Assembly (NCBI GenBank): GCA_038231275.1
Contig: JBBRLQ010000001.1
Span: forward strand, 544,001 to 608,000
From: Polyangiales bacterium
GTDB taxonomy: Bacteria; Myxococcota_A; Polyangia; Polyangiales; Polyangiaceae
Direction: 5' to 3'
Length of the DNA: 64,000 nucleotides
Positions 29,161-40,162 of the stretch are shown here, piece after piece; positions within the stretch are counted from its first letter, which is position 1, and the number at the start of each line of letters is the position of its first letter. Under the pieces are notes generated by a model that had not been told where the DNA came from, did not search any database, and saw only the letters and a list, made by a program, of their open reading frames with translations. A program made the position numbers and the translations under genes.

Positions 29161-30401
29161 GCGACGACAAGCTGGATCGCGCGATCAAGGCGGCCCGGAA
29201 GGATCTCGCGCCCAAGCGGGAGCCGGACTGGGACGCGATCGACGAGAAGCTCTTCGCGCGGATCGACGCCGATGCCTCCTCCGAGGAGAGCGCACGCGCC
29301 GCGCGCCTCGGCGCCGGATCGCACGGGCGCGGGTGGAGCATCGTCGCGGGTGGGCTGGCCCTCGCGGCGGCCGTCGCCGTATACGCAGGTCACAAGCCGG
29401 GCGGCGCGCCGCTCGATCGCGCGTCGGCTGCCGCTGCGCCGGTCACGGCGAGCGCCCTCGTGCGCGCTGGCGGCGCCGCAGGATCGGACGTTCTCATCGC
29501 GGGGGCGCCTGCCGCTGCGGGCGCGACCCTTCACGCCGGTGAGGTCCTCGAGACGCACGGCGCGAGCGCGCTCCTCGAGCGTGAGGGGCCAGCTCCGGAC
29601 GGCGCGCTGCTCGTCGCGTGGAGCGTCGAAGAAAACTCGCGCGTCGCCGTCGTGAAGGCGGTCGGGGCGCTCGTCGTGTCGCTCGAGCGCGGCGCCGTCG
29701 AGGCGCAGGTCACGCCGGTCGCGAGCGGCGAAGCGTTCGCGGTCGACGTTCCTGGCGCGGCCGGATCGATCACGCGCGTGGCCGTCCACGGGACGCACCT
29801 CCGCGTCTCGCGCGTCGAGGCCGCCGGTCACGTGAAGCTCGTGGTGGATTTGTCGGAGGGCGTCGTCTCGATCGGCGCGCCGCCGCGCTCGGGGTCGACG
29901 TACGGCGCGCTCGTGACGGCGCCTGCGCACGTCGAGCTCGACACGGCCGATCCGACCTCCCTCGTCGTCAGCCACCTCCCCGAGGACGTGCGCCTCCCGG
30001 TCGATCTCGCGTCGGCGGGCACTGGCGGCGCGGTTGCCGCCGGCTCTCCCGCGAGCCCCACCGCAGCCACGGCGACGCCTCCGCGCAATGCTCCCGCCGT
30101 CGCGCAGGTCGCGCCGCGTCCGGTCCCCGCTGCCCCGCGCCCGCCGGCCGCCGATCCGAACGCCGAGGCCACGGTCGCTGCCGCGGTGAAGGCCTGCATG
30201 ACCGGCCGCACGAAGGCCGACGGCGAGGTCACCGTCACCGTCAGCTCCAGCCTCGAGGTCCGCCTGAGCGAGGACGGCGTCGTTGATCTCGCGCGCTTCA
30301 GCCCGCCGCTCCCGCCCGACGTCCAGCTCTGCGCCGCGAACGCGATCTACAAGACGCGCTTCCCGCGGTCGGGCACCGTGACGATCGACCTGAAATTCTA
30401 G
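29157..30401 (+). CDS. FecR-like anti-sigma factor
   Basis: ATGA overlap with the ECF gene; one TM; LERGAV...VAVHGT FecR-like strand motifs. Confidence 0.75.
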   Translation: MSDDKLDRAIKAARKDLAPKREPDWDAIDEKLFARIDADASSEESARAARLGAGSHGRGWSIVAGGLALAAAVAVYAGHKPGGAPLDRASAAAAPVTASALVRAGGAAGSDVLIAGAPAAAGATLHAGEVLETHGASALLEREGPAPDGALLVAWSVEENSRVAVVKAVGALVVSLERGAVEAQVTPVASGEAFAVDVPGAAGSITRVAVHGTHLRVSRVEAAGHVKLVVDLSEGVVSIGAPPRSGSTYGALVTAPAHVELDTADPTSLVVSHLPEDVRLPVDLASAGTGGAVAAGSPASPTAATATPPRNAPAVAQVAPRPVPAAPRPPAADPNAEATVAAAVKACMTGRTKADGEVTVTVSSSLEVRLSEDGVVDLARFSPPLPPDVQLCAANAIYKTRFPRSGTVTIDLKF

Positions 30402-30460
30402 GTCCCCACGTCGGCGATCTCGTTTGACCCGCAGCAGACCGGCGTCCACACTCGCCGTCG

Positions 30461-30853
30461 ATGGACCTGCAACAAGCGAAGGCCTCTGGGAAGAAGTGGC
30501 TCATCCGCGTCGTGATCGGCGGTGTGCTGCTGACCGTGCTCGGCTTCACGCTCTACACCCTGTCGGCGCTCAACTACTCCTACTCGAAGGGAGAGCGCGT
30601 CGGCTTCGTTCAGAAGCTCTCGAAGCGCGGCTGGGTCTGCAACACGAACGAGGGAGAGCTCGCGATGGTAAACCTCGCCGGCCAACCCGCGGAGATTTTC
30701 CTCTTCTCGGTCCCCGACGACAAGATCGCCAAGCAGATCGAGTCCTTCGCCGGCCACCGGCTCGAGCTCCAGTACGAAGAGCACCGCGGCGTGCCGTCGA
30801 GCTGCTTCGGAGACACGAAGTACTTCATCGTCGGCGTGAAGAAGGTCGATTAG
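30461..30853 (+). CDS. Conserved membrane-anchored hypothetical protein
   Basis: N-terminal TM; YSKGERVGFVQKLSKRGWVCxTxEGEL. Confidence 0.8.
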   Translation: MDLQQAKASGKKWLIRVVIGGVLLTVLGFTLYTLSALNYSYSKGERVGFVQKLSKRGWVCNTNEGELAMVNLAGQPAEIFLFSVPDDKIAKQIESFAGHRLELQYEEHRGVPSSCFGDTKYFIVGVKKVD

Positions 30854-30867
30854 CTCAGCCGCCTAGC

Positions 30868-31185
30868 CTAGGCGGCCGGCTCGGCGTTCTTCACGATCTC
30901 CGTGATCGCGTGCGTTTCGCGGGCGCCGAGGAGGCCGAATTGGACGCCCATGCCGTCGGGGCGCTTCCAGCGGACGACGCCGGGGAGGCGTAGCTCTTTG
31001 CCGCCGCTCGCAAGCGTGACGTAGACGACGACCTCCGCGCCGAACGGCACGGGCACCTCGGTCTGGACGAACATGCCGCCGACAGAGATGTCCTTCGCGA
31101 GGCCTTTGCCGCGACCCTCCACGTTCTTCTGCACGAACTCGAGGGGTTGCTCCAAAGGAGCGCGCGTGAATCGACGGAATTCCAC
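30868..31185 (-). CDS. Single-domain PilZ protein
   Basis: RRFTR (RxxxR) and DISVGG (DxSxxG) c-di-GMP motifs; GMGVQF. Confidence 0.88.
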   Translation of the reverse strand: MEFRRFTRAPLEQPLEFVQKNVEGRGKGLAKDISVGGMFVQTEVPVPFGAEVVVYVTLASGGKELRLPGVVRWKRPDGMGVQFGLLGARETHAITEIVKNAEPAA

Positions 31186-31226
31186 GGGGGTGACCTCTTG
31201 GGAAAGGACGATGCTACCATCGCCGC

Positions 31227-32207
31227 GTGCCGGAGGAACGCCCACAGAGCACCGAGCAGATCCGAATCGGAGGGGGCGGCGGCGGGCGGGCGTTGGCCCT
31301 CATCCCGGTCCTCGTGGCGGTCCTGGCGTTCGCGCTGATGATCCCGCGGGCGGCGGGGCCCGAGGCGATCCCGCTCCCTCTGGTCGATGGTCGCGTGATC
31401 GCGCGTGCGGCCGACGGCGATCGCACCCTCGCGGCGAAGGCGCAGAGCGAGCCGCTGTCGGGCGTCGTGCGCGCGCTCGGCTCGGCGATCCGCGACTTCA
31501 ACACGAAGCAGGCAGAGGACGCCGACGAGCTCGCCCTCACCGCGCAGCGCGCCGCCCTCGACGCCGCGCTTCCCGCCGCCATCGCCGACGGGGTCGACAA
31601 GATCGTCGCCCTCCGCGCGGTGCAGGTCGAAGGCTTCCTCGCCGAGGTGCGCCGCTTCGAGCAGACCGGCAAGGAGAGCGAAGAGCTTCGAGCGCTCGGC
31701 GGGGGCTTCATTCGTCGCTTGCGCTTCTCGGGGTGGTGCGACGCCAAGAACCGCGTGCTCCTCGACGAGACGGAGCGTCGCGTGGCGTTCAAGGCCGCGT
31801 GGAACGGCGTCGTGCGCCTCGACGGCCACCCGTCCCTCGCCCTATCGCTCGACGAAATACGTGTACTTTACACGCTCTACCTCCGCCTGCCGCACGCCGC
31901 CGAATCGGTGCGCGATCAGATCGCGTCGTCGCGGCGCGCCAACCCCGACGAGAAGACGTGCGCGGAGCTCGCGATGCGAGAGCGCTTCGCGACCGAGACG
32001 TGGCGGCTCGAGAAGATCAAGAAGCTCTCCCTGGTCGATCCGACGTACCCCGCGCAGTACGCGATCGGCGTCGCAGAGTTTCGTCGCGGTCACTTTGCCG
32101 CTTCCTCCGCCGCGTTTCGTACCTGGATCGAGATCCACCCCGACGGACCGTGGAGCCTCCGCGCACGCAACCACCTGAAAGCCGCGATCGAGCTCGGCGG
32201 CTACTGA
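31227..32207 (+). CDS. Membrane-anchored helical/TPR-like hypothetical protein
   Basis: N-terminal TM; C-terminal TPR-like YAIGVAEFRRG...HPDGPW. Confidence 0.7.
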   Translation: MPEERPQSTEQIRIGGGGGGRALALIPVLVAVLAFALMIPRAAGPEAIPLPLVDGRVIARAADGDRTLAAKAQSEPLSGVVRALGSAIRDFNTKQAEDADELALTAQRAALDAALPAAIADGVDKIVALRAVQVEGFLAEVRRFEQTGKESEELRALGGGFIRRLRFSGWCDAKNRVLLDETERRVAFKAAWNGVVRLDGHPSLALSLDEIRVLYTLYLRLPHAAESVRDQIASSRRANPDEKTCAELAMRERFATETWRLEKIKKLSLVDPTYPAQYAIGVAEFRRGHFAASSAAFRTWIEIHPDGPWSLRARNHLKAAIELGGY

Positions 32208-32223
32208 AGAAGCGCGGCTCGAT

Positions 32224-32619
32224 TCAGTTCGAGCAGCCGAGGAACGAGACGTAGCAGCACGCGTGGGGCTCGCCGCGCCGGGCGTCGCGGGTCTCGCGTG
32301 GGCTGAACGCGGCGCGTGGACTGCCGAGCTCGGTGAGGCAGCGCTCGAAGGGCGGGGGATAGGCGACCGGCACGGCGGTGTCTTCCTCGGGGCGGCACGT
32401 GACCTCGCGCCGGCAGCCTCGCGCGCGCTCGGCGACGGGCTCGGTGGGGAGCGGTCGGAACGTGACGCGCACGGCGAGCGCGTCGCCGTCGTCGGGGGAG
32501 GCGTCGGGGATCGCAGGCGCGCGGCTCATGGGGACCGTCACGTAGGTCGCGCTGGCGCTGCATCCGCACACGGCCACGGCGAGCGCCGCGCGGCGAAACG
32601 ACCGAAAATGCAGGCGCAT
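32224..32619 (-). CDS. Hypothetical lipoprotein
   Basis: ALAVAVCGC lipobox-like; Cys-containing C-terminus. Confidence 0.6.
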   Translation of the reverse strand: MRLHFRSFRRAALAVAVCGCSASATYVTVPMSRAPAIPDASPDDGDALAVRVTFRPLPTEPVAERARGCRREVTCRPEEDTAVPVAYPPPFERCLTELGSPRAAFSPRETRDARRGEPHACCYVSFLGCSN

Positions 32620-32693
32620 CGCGCCAAGTTTACATTTCTTTGCACGACACCGGCCGCTCGTTTTCAGGTCCAAGCGCAAGGTGGAATAGACTC

Positions 32694-33383
32694 ATGCTCG
32701 ACATGCGCGCCCTCCTGGTCGATGACGATCGCGATCTCGCGCGTCTGCTCCAAGATTACCTCGGCCCTCACGGCGTCGAGCTCGAGCACGTCGAGACCGG
32801 CGCCATCGCCCTCGACCGGCTCGATTCACGCGCGTACGACGTCGTCCTCCTCGACGTGATGCTCCCCGGCGCCGACGGTTTCGAGGTGTGCCGCCGCATC
32901 CGCAGGAAGCACGAGGTGCCCATCGTGATGCTCACCGCGCGTGGGGAGGACACCGATCGCATCGTCGGGCTCGAGCTCGGCGCCGACGACTACGTGCCCA
33001 AGCCCTTCAACCCTCGCGAGCTCCTCGCGCGGGTCCGCGCCGTCATGCGCCGCGCGCGCCCCGGCGCGGTCAGCGAGCGCCTGGCCGTCGGCGATTTGGA
33101 CATCGACGTGCCCGCCCACAAAGTCTCGCTCTCCGGCAAAGAGGTCACGCTCACCTCGTTCGAGTTCCGGCTCCTCGTCGCGCTCGCGCGCCGCGCCGGC
33201 GAGACCGTGCCGCGCGAAGAGCTCGCCAGCGCGCTCAAGGGCGGCGCGTACGATCCGACCGTCGACCGCTCGCTCGACGTCCACGTGAGCCATCTCCGCC
33301 AGAAGCTCGAGGACGACGCGCGCGAGCCCAAACGAATCCGCACGGTGCGCGGCGTCGGGTACGCGCTGGTCCGGCCGTCGTGA
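32694..33383 (+). CDS. OmpR-family response regulator
   Basis: LVDDD, LLDVMLP, GADDYVPKPF and RTVRGVGY motifs. Confidence 0.95.
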   Translation: MLDMRALLVDDDRDLARLLQDYLGPHGVELEHVETGAIALDRLDSRAYDVVLLDVMLPGADGFEVCRRIRRKHEVPIVMLTARGEDTDRIVGLELGADDYVPKPFNPRELLARVRAVMRRARPGAVSERLAVGDLDIDVPAHKVSLSGKEVTLTSFEFRLLVALARRAGETVPREELASALKGGAYDPTVDRSLDVHVSHLRQKLEDDAREPKRIRTVRGVGYALVRPS

Positions 33384-34705
33384 AACGGCGCGGCCGCCAC
33401 GGTCAGCGGCCGAGGCTGCGGCGGCTCAAGACGCGCCTCTTCTTGTGGTTCCTCGGGGCGATCGTGATGGCGATCGCGTCGAGCGCGGCCGTCGTCTACC
33501 TCACGCGGCCCGAGCAGACCGAGGGTCCGGTGAAGATCGTCTCGCGCACCGTCGCCGCGCGCCTCTCCCGCGACTGGAACGATCCGCGCGCATGCGACGC
33601 ATACGTCTCGCACCTGCGCGACGGGACGGGGCTCGATCTCAAGCTCGTGCGCGATCCGTCGACGTTGCCCCCGTTCATCAAGAAGCACCGCGGTCAGGGC
33701 GGCCCGGTCGTCTTCACGCACGACGGCCGCGGATTCATCCCGGTCGCGCGCGAAGGGACCTTGGTCGGCGCCGTCGAGTTCGACACCGGCATGCCGGCCG
33801 GGCCGCATCTCTGGCGCCTCGGCGCGGTGCTCGTCGTCGCGCTCATCGTCTTGGCGCTGGCGGCCGTGCGGGTGTCGCGGCAGTTCGCGCGTCCTCTCGA
33901 GCAAGTCGCGAGCGCCGCGGAGCGCTTTGGCGCAGGAGAGCTCTCGGCGCGCGCCGCCGTCGGGGACAAGCCGCGCCGCTGGGTCGCGAGCGAGGTCGCG
34001 GAGGTCGCCAGCGCGTTCGATCGCATGGCCGAGCGCATCGAAGGAGTCGTCCGCGATCAGCGCGAGCTCCTCGCCGCGATCAGCCACGAGCTCCGCTCCC
34101 CCCTCGGCCGCGCGCGCGTCGCGCTCGAAATCGCGCGCGAGAGCGCCGATCCGGAGAAACCCCTCGGCGACGTGGAGCGCCAGCTGGGCGAGGTCGACGC
34201 GATCCTCGGCGATCTCCTCGCCTCCGCGCGCGCCGGGCTCAGCGATCTCCGCGCCGAGAAGACGCGCCTCTTGCCGTGGCTCCGCGCGCGCGTGGTCGCC
34301 GAGCCGACGCCGCCGGCGATCGAGATCCTCGCTTCGGAAGAGGCGGAGGACGTCGAGCTCTCCCTCGATCCGGCGCTCATGGGCCGGGCCCTCCACAACC
34401 TCATCGCCAACGCCAAGAACCACGGCCACCCCGAGGCCGAGCCGATCGAGCTCCACGTCGAGCTCGACGACGCCAAGATCTCCCTGATCGTCCGCGATCG
34501 CGGGCCTGGGTTTTCATCCGACATGATCGACCGCGCCTTCGAGCCCTTCGTCCGGGGAGATGCGGCACGAAGTCCCGGCCGCGGCACCGGCTTGGGCCTC
34601 GCCCTCGTTCGGCGCATCGCCGAAGCCCACAAGGGCCGGGCCTTCGCGCGCAACGCGGTCGAAGGGAGCGGCGCCGAGGTCGGAATCGAGCTTCCGCTTC
34701 GCTGA
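33380..34705 (+). CDS. HAMP sensor histidine kinase
   Basis: GTGA overlap; two TMs, HAMP, ISHELRSPL, NLIANA, DRGPG and GTGLGL motifs. Confidence 0.93.
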   Translation: MKRRGRHGQRPRLRRLKTRLFLWFLGAIVMAIASSAAVVYLTRPEQTEGPVKIVSRTVAARLSRDWNDPRACDAYVSHLRDGTGLDLKLVRDPSTLPPFIKKHRGQGGPVVFTHDGRGFIPVAREGTLVGAVEFDTGMPAGPHLWRLGAVLVVALIVLALAAVRVSRQFARPLEQVASAAERFGAGELSARAAVGDKPRRWVASEVAEVASAFDRMAERIEGVVRDQRELLAAISHELRSPLGRARVALEIARESADPEKPLGDVERQLGEVDAILGDLLASARAGLSDLRAEKTRLLPWLRARVVAEPTPPAIEILASEEAEDVELSLDPALMGRALHNLIANAKNHGHPEAEPIELHVELDDAKISLIVRDRGPGFSSDMIDRAFEPFVRGDAARSPGRGTGLGLALVRRIAEAHKGRAFARNAVEGSGAEVGIELPLR

Positions 34706-34732
34706 AGGTGCTAGCGTTTCGCCCTAGGGGCG

Positions 34733-35362
34733 ATGCGCGGTTTTCTGCGATTCATGCTGTGGACGTTGGGCATCCTGGGCGTCATTGGCCTGGTCCTGTA
34801 CCTGCTCGTCTTCGACGCGTGGATCGTGCCTGGCGACGATCCCGTCGCGTCGGTCGCCATCGAGCCGACGCTACACCCCGGGGATCACCTCCTCCTCACG
34901 CGCGGCTCCGACGTGAGGCCCGGCCACCTCGTGCGGTGCATCGATCCCGACGCGCCCGGTCGCTTCGTCGTCGGTCGCGTCGTCGCGAAGGGCGGGGACA
35001 CGGTGGCGGTCGACGAGATCGTCGTCATCAACGGCAAGCGCAACCCGTCGCCCCACGCGTGCGTCGAGTCGAAGCGCAGCATGCGTCACCCGGTGACGGG
35101 GGAGGACATCGTCCTCGACTGCGGCGTGGAGGACACCGACGGCAACGAGCACGAGGCACTCCGCTACAACCTCCACCCCGAGGCGACGCTCAAGACGAAG
35201 GTCGAGACCGACAAGATCTTCCTCGTCAGCGACAACCGCCACATCCACCTCGATTCGCGCGACTTCGGCCAGATCTCTGCGACGAGCTGCCAACACATCG
35301 TCTACCGCCCGTGGGGAGAGACGTATTTCGACGCCCGCAAGCGCTTCACGTTCCTCTGGTAG
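34733..35362 (+). CDS. Signal peptidase I (S26) homolog lacking catalytic Ser/Lys
   Basis: TM, AIEPTLHPGD (box B), VVGRVVAKGGDTV (box D) and SDNRHIHLDSRDFG (box E). Confidence 0.8.
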   Translation: MRGFLRFMLWTLGILGVIGLVLYLLVFDAWIVPGDDPVASVAIEPTLHPGDHLLLTRGSDVRPGHLVRCIDPDAPGRFVVGRVVAKGGDTVAVDEIVVINGKRNPSPHACVESKRSMRHPVTGEDIVLDCGVEDTDGNEHEALRYNLHPEATLKTKVETDKIFLVSDNRHIHLDSRDFGQISATSCQHIVYRPWGETYFDARKRFTFLW

Positions 35363-35412
35363 AGTGGCCTTTTCGTGAGTCCTTTAGTAGGCTTCGCCTG
35401 GGCCTGACCTAG

Positions 35413-36504
35413 ATGGCGTCGATCGAAATCGGCATCGTTTGCGCGACTTGCGACACGTACAGCGTGATCGGCGCGCCGACGTGCGAGATTTGCAAGAACG
35501 AGCTCGCGCTGTTTCGCGCGGTGCCGGCCCCCGCGCCGATCGTGCCGGTGCTTGCCGGGCCGCCCTCGTCGGGGGGTCCTCAGTCGGTCCGTCGCCCCGG
35601 CGAGCCTTCCCTGTTCGACGATCCGCTCAGGCCTCGGAAACGACCCACCCCCGGCGGCCAGCGCGCGGTCACCGGTGGCATCGATGCACGCAGTACCGGA
35701 CCAACGTCCGTGGAGGACCTCATGGAGCAAGCGAAGAACTTCATCTGCCGGTCGTGCTCGACGCCCGTGCCCATGGGCCACAAATTCTGCGGCCGCTGCG
35801 GCGCCGCCGTCCCGCCGGAGATCCTGAACGCCCGGACGCAGTTTTTCGGTCAGCTCCAGGCGCCCGGCAAGGCGAAGCTGATCCTGATCCGCGGCGAGGG
35901 CGTCGAGGGGCTCAGCTACCAGCTGAACGCCGAGCAGCACGTCGTCGGGCGCAACGGGCAACTCGTCTTTCCCGACGATCCGTTCGTCTCGCCGAAGCAT
36001 GCGAACCTCTTCTACCGAAACGGCAAGCTCGTCGTGCGCGACGAGGGCTCGCTGAACGGCGTCTTCCTCCGCGTGCGCGGCACCATCGACGTCGCCGTGA
36101 ACGACGCGTTCCTTGCGGGCGAGCAGCTGTTCCGTATCGACGCGACGCCCAAAGCGAGCGACGGCCCGGCGCCCGACGGCACGTACTTCTACTCGTCGCC
36201 CAAGCACCAGAGCCCGTTCCGCATCACGCAAATCCTGCAGGGCGGCTCGCCAGGGATGACCGTGTGCGCGCGCGCGAGCGGCCTTCAGATCGGCCGCGAG
36301 GGCGGGGACCTGAACTTTCCGAGCGATCTCTACATGAGCGCCTCGCACTGCAAGATCGAGGACGTGGGCGGCAAGATCTCGCTCACCGACTTGAACAGCC
36401 GCAACGGCACGTACATTCGCCTCAAGGCGGAGCGCGAGCTCGCTCACGGCGACTACCTCTTCATCGGCCGGAAGCTCCTGCGGGTCGAGATCACCGCGGC
36501 CTAG
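35413..36504 (+). CDS. Zinc-ribbon + two FHA domain protein
   Basis: Four CxxC motifs; GR...SPKHA...NGVF and GR...SASH...NGTY. Confidence 0.88.
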   Translation: MASIEIGIVCATCDTYSVIGAPTCEICKNELALFRAVPAPAPIVPVLAGPPSSGGPQSVRRPGEPSLFDDPLRPRKRPTPGGQRAVTGGIDARSTGPTSVEDLMEQAKNFICRSCSTPVPMGHKFCGRCGAAVPPEILNARTQFFGQLQAPGKAKLILIRGEGVEGLSYQLNAEQHVVGRNGQLVFPDDPFVSPKHANLFYRNGKLVVRDEGSLNGVFLRVRGTIDVAVNDAFLAGEQLFRIDATPKASDGPAPDGTYFYSSPKHQSPFRITQILQGGSPGMTVCARASGLQIGREGGDLNFPSDLYMSASHCKIEDVGGKISLTDLNSRNGTYIRLKAERELAHGDYLFIGRKLLRVEITAA

Positions 36505-36508
36505 AAAA

Positions 36509-37138
36509 TCAGCGCTTCTTCGCGATGTCGCCCACCGGCGGCGCGGACGTGAGGCCGAGCGCGTGCTTCGCCACGGCGGCGACCGCCTTGAGGACCGTGC
36601 TCGGCAGCGTGTCGATCAGCGCCTCGAGATCGATCGGACCCTCGCTCGCCGGCAAGAGCTCCGAGAAGATGACCGCGAAGCGATCGTATTTGCGCATGAG
36701 CGTGTTCAAGCGATCACGGAGGGCGTCGGCCTCGGGGCCCTGCGCGTCGCCGAGCATCTCGAGCGCGCGGCGCGAGAGCTGACGCTTGTCCGCGACGACG
36801 CGGCGGAGGCGCGTGAGGTACGCGCCGATGATCACGTCCGGGTATTTGCCGCGTAACGCGAAGGAGTCGTAGCGCGCGCCGCTCTCGCGACGGCGCTCGA
36901 CGATGCCGGCCGCCTCGAGCCCGCGGAGGTTCGCGAAGATGTTGCTCTTGGAGCGGCCGAGCTCGGCGGACAGCTCGTCCATCGACCGCGGCTCGTCGGA
37001 GAGGTAGAGCGCGGCGACGACCTGACCGCCGAGACGCGTGATGCCAGGAAAGCTGTCGGCGATCTCCGCCCCGACCCCTTCGAGGAGCTCACGGCGCGCG
37101 GCCGCGACGGGTTCCGTCGGTTTCTGGTCCCTGGTCAT
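36509..37138 (-). CDS. GbsR/MarR-family transcriptional regulator
   Basis: [38 protein letters not shown] wHTH. Confidence 0.85.
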   Translation of the reverse strand: MTRDQKPTEPVAAARRELLEGVGAEIADSFPGITRLGGQVVAALYLSDEPRSMDELSAELGRSKSNIFANLRGLEAAGIVERRRESGARYDSFALRGKYPDVIIGAYLTRLRRVVADKRQLSRRALEMLGDAQGPEADALRDRLNTLMRKYDRFAVIFSELLPASEGPIDLEALIDTLPSTVLKAVAAVAKHALGLTSAPPVGDIAKKR

Positions 37139-37307
37139 TTCGGACAGCCACCGATGCACTATCACGGGTGGGGCGGCGGAAGAACGACTATGGCCCTTCG
37201 CGTGGAGGTGAGCGGAATCGGCGCGGCGCTGCGCAGCGTTTGCTCTCCCGCACGCGGTAGGACGCTGGATCTCGGGCAAAATAGCCCGGACCACTCTTTG
37301 CTAAGCC

Positions 37308-38129
37308 ATGAGCATGAGCGTTTTCATGCGCGGCGCAGCGGCGTCGATGTGCGGCCTGCTTCTTTTCGCGTGCACGATCAAGAATACGGACACCAACGGC
37401 GGGACGGGCGGCACCGGTCAAGGAGACGCGGGCCCCGGGACCGGCGGCGATGGAGGGGCGGCGGGCGCGAGCAAGAGTCGCAACTGCCAAGCCGTCGTCC
37501 AGTGCGCCATCGCCTGCGCGGACGCGGACTCGGCGTGCCGGAACGCGTGCCTCGCGAGCGGGACCGACGATGGCCAGGCGAAGGCGATCGCTTTGTCGAA
37601 TTGCCTCGGGGCCAACAGCTGCGCCGACTCGGCGTGCGTCCAGTCGAAATGCGCGACCGAGCTGAACGCGTGCCTCGTGACGCCGGCCCCCACCGGCGGG
37701 CAACCCATCACGGGCGCGCCGCCGCCTGGCTCGGTACCCTCGGACTTCGTCGGCACGTGGAAACGAACGACGTACACCGGCGCCGACGACTTCACGTTCA
37801 ACGCCGACGGCACCGCGAGTCGAAAACAAATCGAGGTGAGCTCCTTCGCCGGGTGCTCCAACACGGTGGCGTTCGAGTACGCGGGCACGGTCGTGTTCAC
37901 GCCCGCGCACGACGGCTTCACCTTTTACATCACCACCGCAACGAACACGTCGAGCGCGTGCGGCCAGTCGTCCAGCTCCGCGGGAACGACGGGCGCATTC
38001 GACTTCACCATCGAGCCGATCCCGGCGTTGGGACCCGGCAAGGATTGGTTTTTCAACGTCCAGGGTTGCCCGGTCACGGCGGAAGTGGACAAGCGCATTC
38101 AGTGCGGAGGCGAGTACGATCTGAAGTAA
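37308..38129 (+). CDS. Cys-rich lipoprotein
   Basis: Lipobox LFAC, Gly linker, CxxxxxCxxxC helical Cys domain. Confidence 0.78.
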   Translation: MSMSVFMRGAAASMCGLLLFACTIKNTDTNGGTGGTGQGDAGPGTGGDGGAAGASKSRNCQAVVQCAIACADADSACRNACLASGTDDGQAKAIALSNCLGANSCADSACVQSKCATELNACLVTPAPTGGQPITGAPPPGSVPSDFVGTWKRTTYTGADDFTFNADGTASRKQIEVSSFAGCSNTVAFEYAGTVVFTPAHDGFTFYITTATNTSSACGQSSSSAGTTGAFDFTIEPIPALGPGKDWFFNVQGCPVTAEVDKRIQCGGEYDLK

Positions 38130-38146
38130 CGAGAGAGAGACCGCCC

Positions 38147-40147
38147 ATGAATCGACTGGCCAAGGAAGCCTCCCCGTACCTCGTCCAGCACGCGAACAAT
38201 CCCGTCGATTGGTACCCGTGGGGCCCTGAGGCGCTCGAGCGGTCGCGGCGGGAGGACAAGCCGATCCTCCTCTCGATCGGCTACTCGGCCTGCCACTGGT
38301 GCCACGTCATGGAGCGCGAGAGCTTCGAGGACGAGGCGACGGCGAAGCTCATGAACGAGCTTTACGTCTCCATCAAGGTCGATCGCGAGGAGCGCCCCGA
38401 TCTCGATCAAATCTACCAGCTCGTCGTGCAGATCATGGGACGCAGCGGCGGGTGGCCGCTCACCGTGTTCCTCACGCCGGCGCAGAAGCCCTTCTTCGCC
38501 GGGACGTACTATCCGCCCGAAGAGCGCTACGGCATGCCGAGCTTCCAGAAGGTGCTCCGCGCGGTCGCCGATGCGTACCAGGTCAAGCGCGGCGACGTGA
38601 CCGCGCAGGCCGACGAGATCGCCGAGGCGATCGCGAAGGTGTCGCGCGTGGACGACACGCCGGGCTTTCGCATGGGCCCCGAGGTCCTCGAGCGCGCGGT
38701 CTTCACGCTGGGCCGAAGGTTCGACGACACGAACGGCGGCTTCGGTACGCGCCCGAAATTTCCGAACACGATGCCGCTCGAGGCGCTGCTGCGGCGCGGC
38801 GCGCTCGATGGCGACGCGGCATCGCTCGCGCGCGTGGTGATGGCGCTCGACGGCATGCGGGCGGGCGGCGTCTACGATCAGCTCGGCGGCGGTTTTCACC
38901 GCTACTCGACCGACGAGAAGTGGCTCGTCCCGCACTTCGAGAAGATGCTCTACGACAACGCGCTCCTCCTCCGCCTCAACGTCGACGCGTGGCGCGCGAC
39001 GAAAGAAGAGCGCTTCGCGGCGACCGCGCGCGAGATCGTCGCGTACGTCGCGCGCGAGATGACGTCTCCGGACGGCGGACTTTACGCGACGCAAGACGCC
39101 GACAGCGAAGGCGAGGAAGGGAAGTTCTTCGTCTGGACGCCGGCGGACATCGACGGCCTTCTCGACGCCGACGAGTACCGCGCGGCGCGCGAGGCGTTCG
39201 GGATTACGGACCACGGCAATTTCGAGGAGGGCGGCGCGACCGTGCTCTCGCTCGTGCACGGCGCGGGCGACGCGGAGACTGCGGCGCTCGCGCGCGCGAA
39301 GGCGAAAATGCTCGCGGCGCGCGAGAAGAGGATCAAGCCGTTCCGCGACGAGAAGATCCTCGCGAGCTGGAACGGGCTCATGATCAAGTCGCTCGTCGAC
39401 GCAGGGGCGGCGCTGGGCGATCCGGAGGCGATCGCGATGGCGCGGCGCGCGTTCGACTTCGTGACGCGCGCGCTCGTGAGGGACGGTCGCGTGCTGCGCC
39501 TCGTGAAGGACGGAGTCACGCGCGGGCCGGGATTTCTCGACGACTATTCGTTCGTGGCCGACGCCGCGCTGGAGCTGTACGAAGTGACCGGCGACGCGTC
39601 CTACGTGGCGATCGCGCGTGCCCTCGCCGACGCGATGCTCGCGCATTTCTGGGACGAGGCGTCGGGCGCGTTCTACTTCACGCCGTCCGACGGCGAGACG
39701 CTGATTCATCGCGCACAAGACCCCTACGATCACGCGATCCCGAGCGGCGCCGCGATCGCGCTCCAGGTAATGGCCCGCGTCGGCGCGATGGTCGACGAGA
39801 AGTACCTCCGCGTCGCCGAGCGCGGCACCGAGCGCCTGGCCCCTGCGGCGATGGAAAATCCATTCGGGATGGCGCAGACCCTCATGAACGTCGACCGGCT
39901 CGTGCGTGGCACGATCGACGTCGTGCTCGTAGGTGCGATCGACGATCCGGCGACGCGCGCGCTGGCGAAGGTCGCGTTCGAGGCCTACGTGCCGAACCGC
40001 GTCGTCGCGTGGAGCGAAGGGGCGCCGCTCCTCGCGGCCGACAAGCCGAAGAAAGAGCGACCGGTCGCCTACGTGTGCAAAGGTCGCGCGTGCTCTGCGC
40101 CGGTCGACACGGCCGAAGCCCTTCGTGCGCTCCTCGCCGCGCGCTGA
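38147..40147 (+). CDS. yyaL: YyaL/SSP411 thioredoxin-domain + six-hairpin glycosidase-like protein
   Basis: [36 protein letters not shown] and [11 protein letters not shown] motifs. Confidence 0.95.
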   Translation: MNRLAKEASPYLVQHANNPVDWYPWGPEALERSRREDKPILLSIGYSACHWCHVMERESFEDEATAKLMNELYVSIKVDREERPDLDQIYQLVVQIMGRSGGWPLTVFLTPAQKPFFAGTYYPPEERYGMPSFQKVLRAVADAYQVKRGDVTAQADEIAEAIAKVSRVDDTPGFRMGPEVLERAVFTLGRRFDDTNGGFGTRPKFPNTMPLEALLRRGALDGDAASLARVVMALDGMRAGGVYDQLGGGFHRYSTDEKWLVPHFEKMLYDNALLLRLNVDAWRATKEERFAATAREIVAYVAREMTSPDGGLYATQDADSEGEEGKFFVWTPADIDGLLDADEYRAAREAFGITDHGNFEEGGATVLSLVHGAGDAETAALARAKAKMLAAREKRIKPFRDEKILASWNGLMIKSLVDAGAALGDPEAIAMARRAFDFVTRALVRDGRVLRLVKDGVTRGPGFLDDYSFVADAALELYEVTGDASYVAIARALADAMLAHFWDEASGAFYFTPSDGETLIHRAQDPYDHAIPSGAAIALQVMARVGAMVDEKYLRVAERGTERLAPAAMENPFGMAQTLMNVDRLVRGTIDVVLVGAIDDPATRALAKVAFEAYVPNRVVAWSEGAPLLAADKPKKERPVAYVCKGRACSAPVDTAEALRALLAAR

Positions 40148-40162
40148 TCCGACGCGCGCAGA

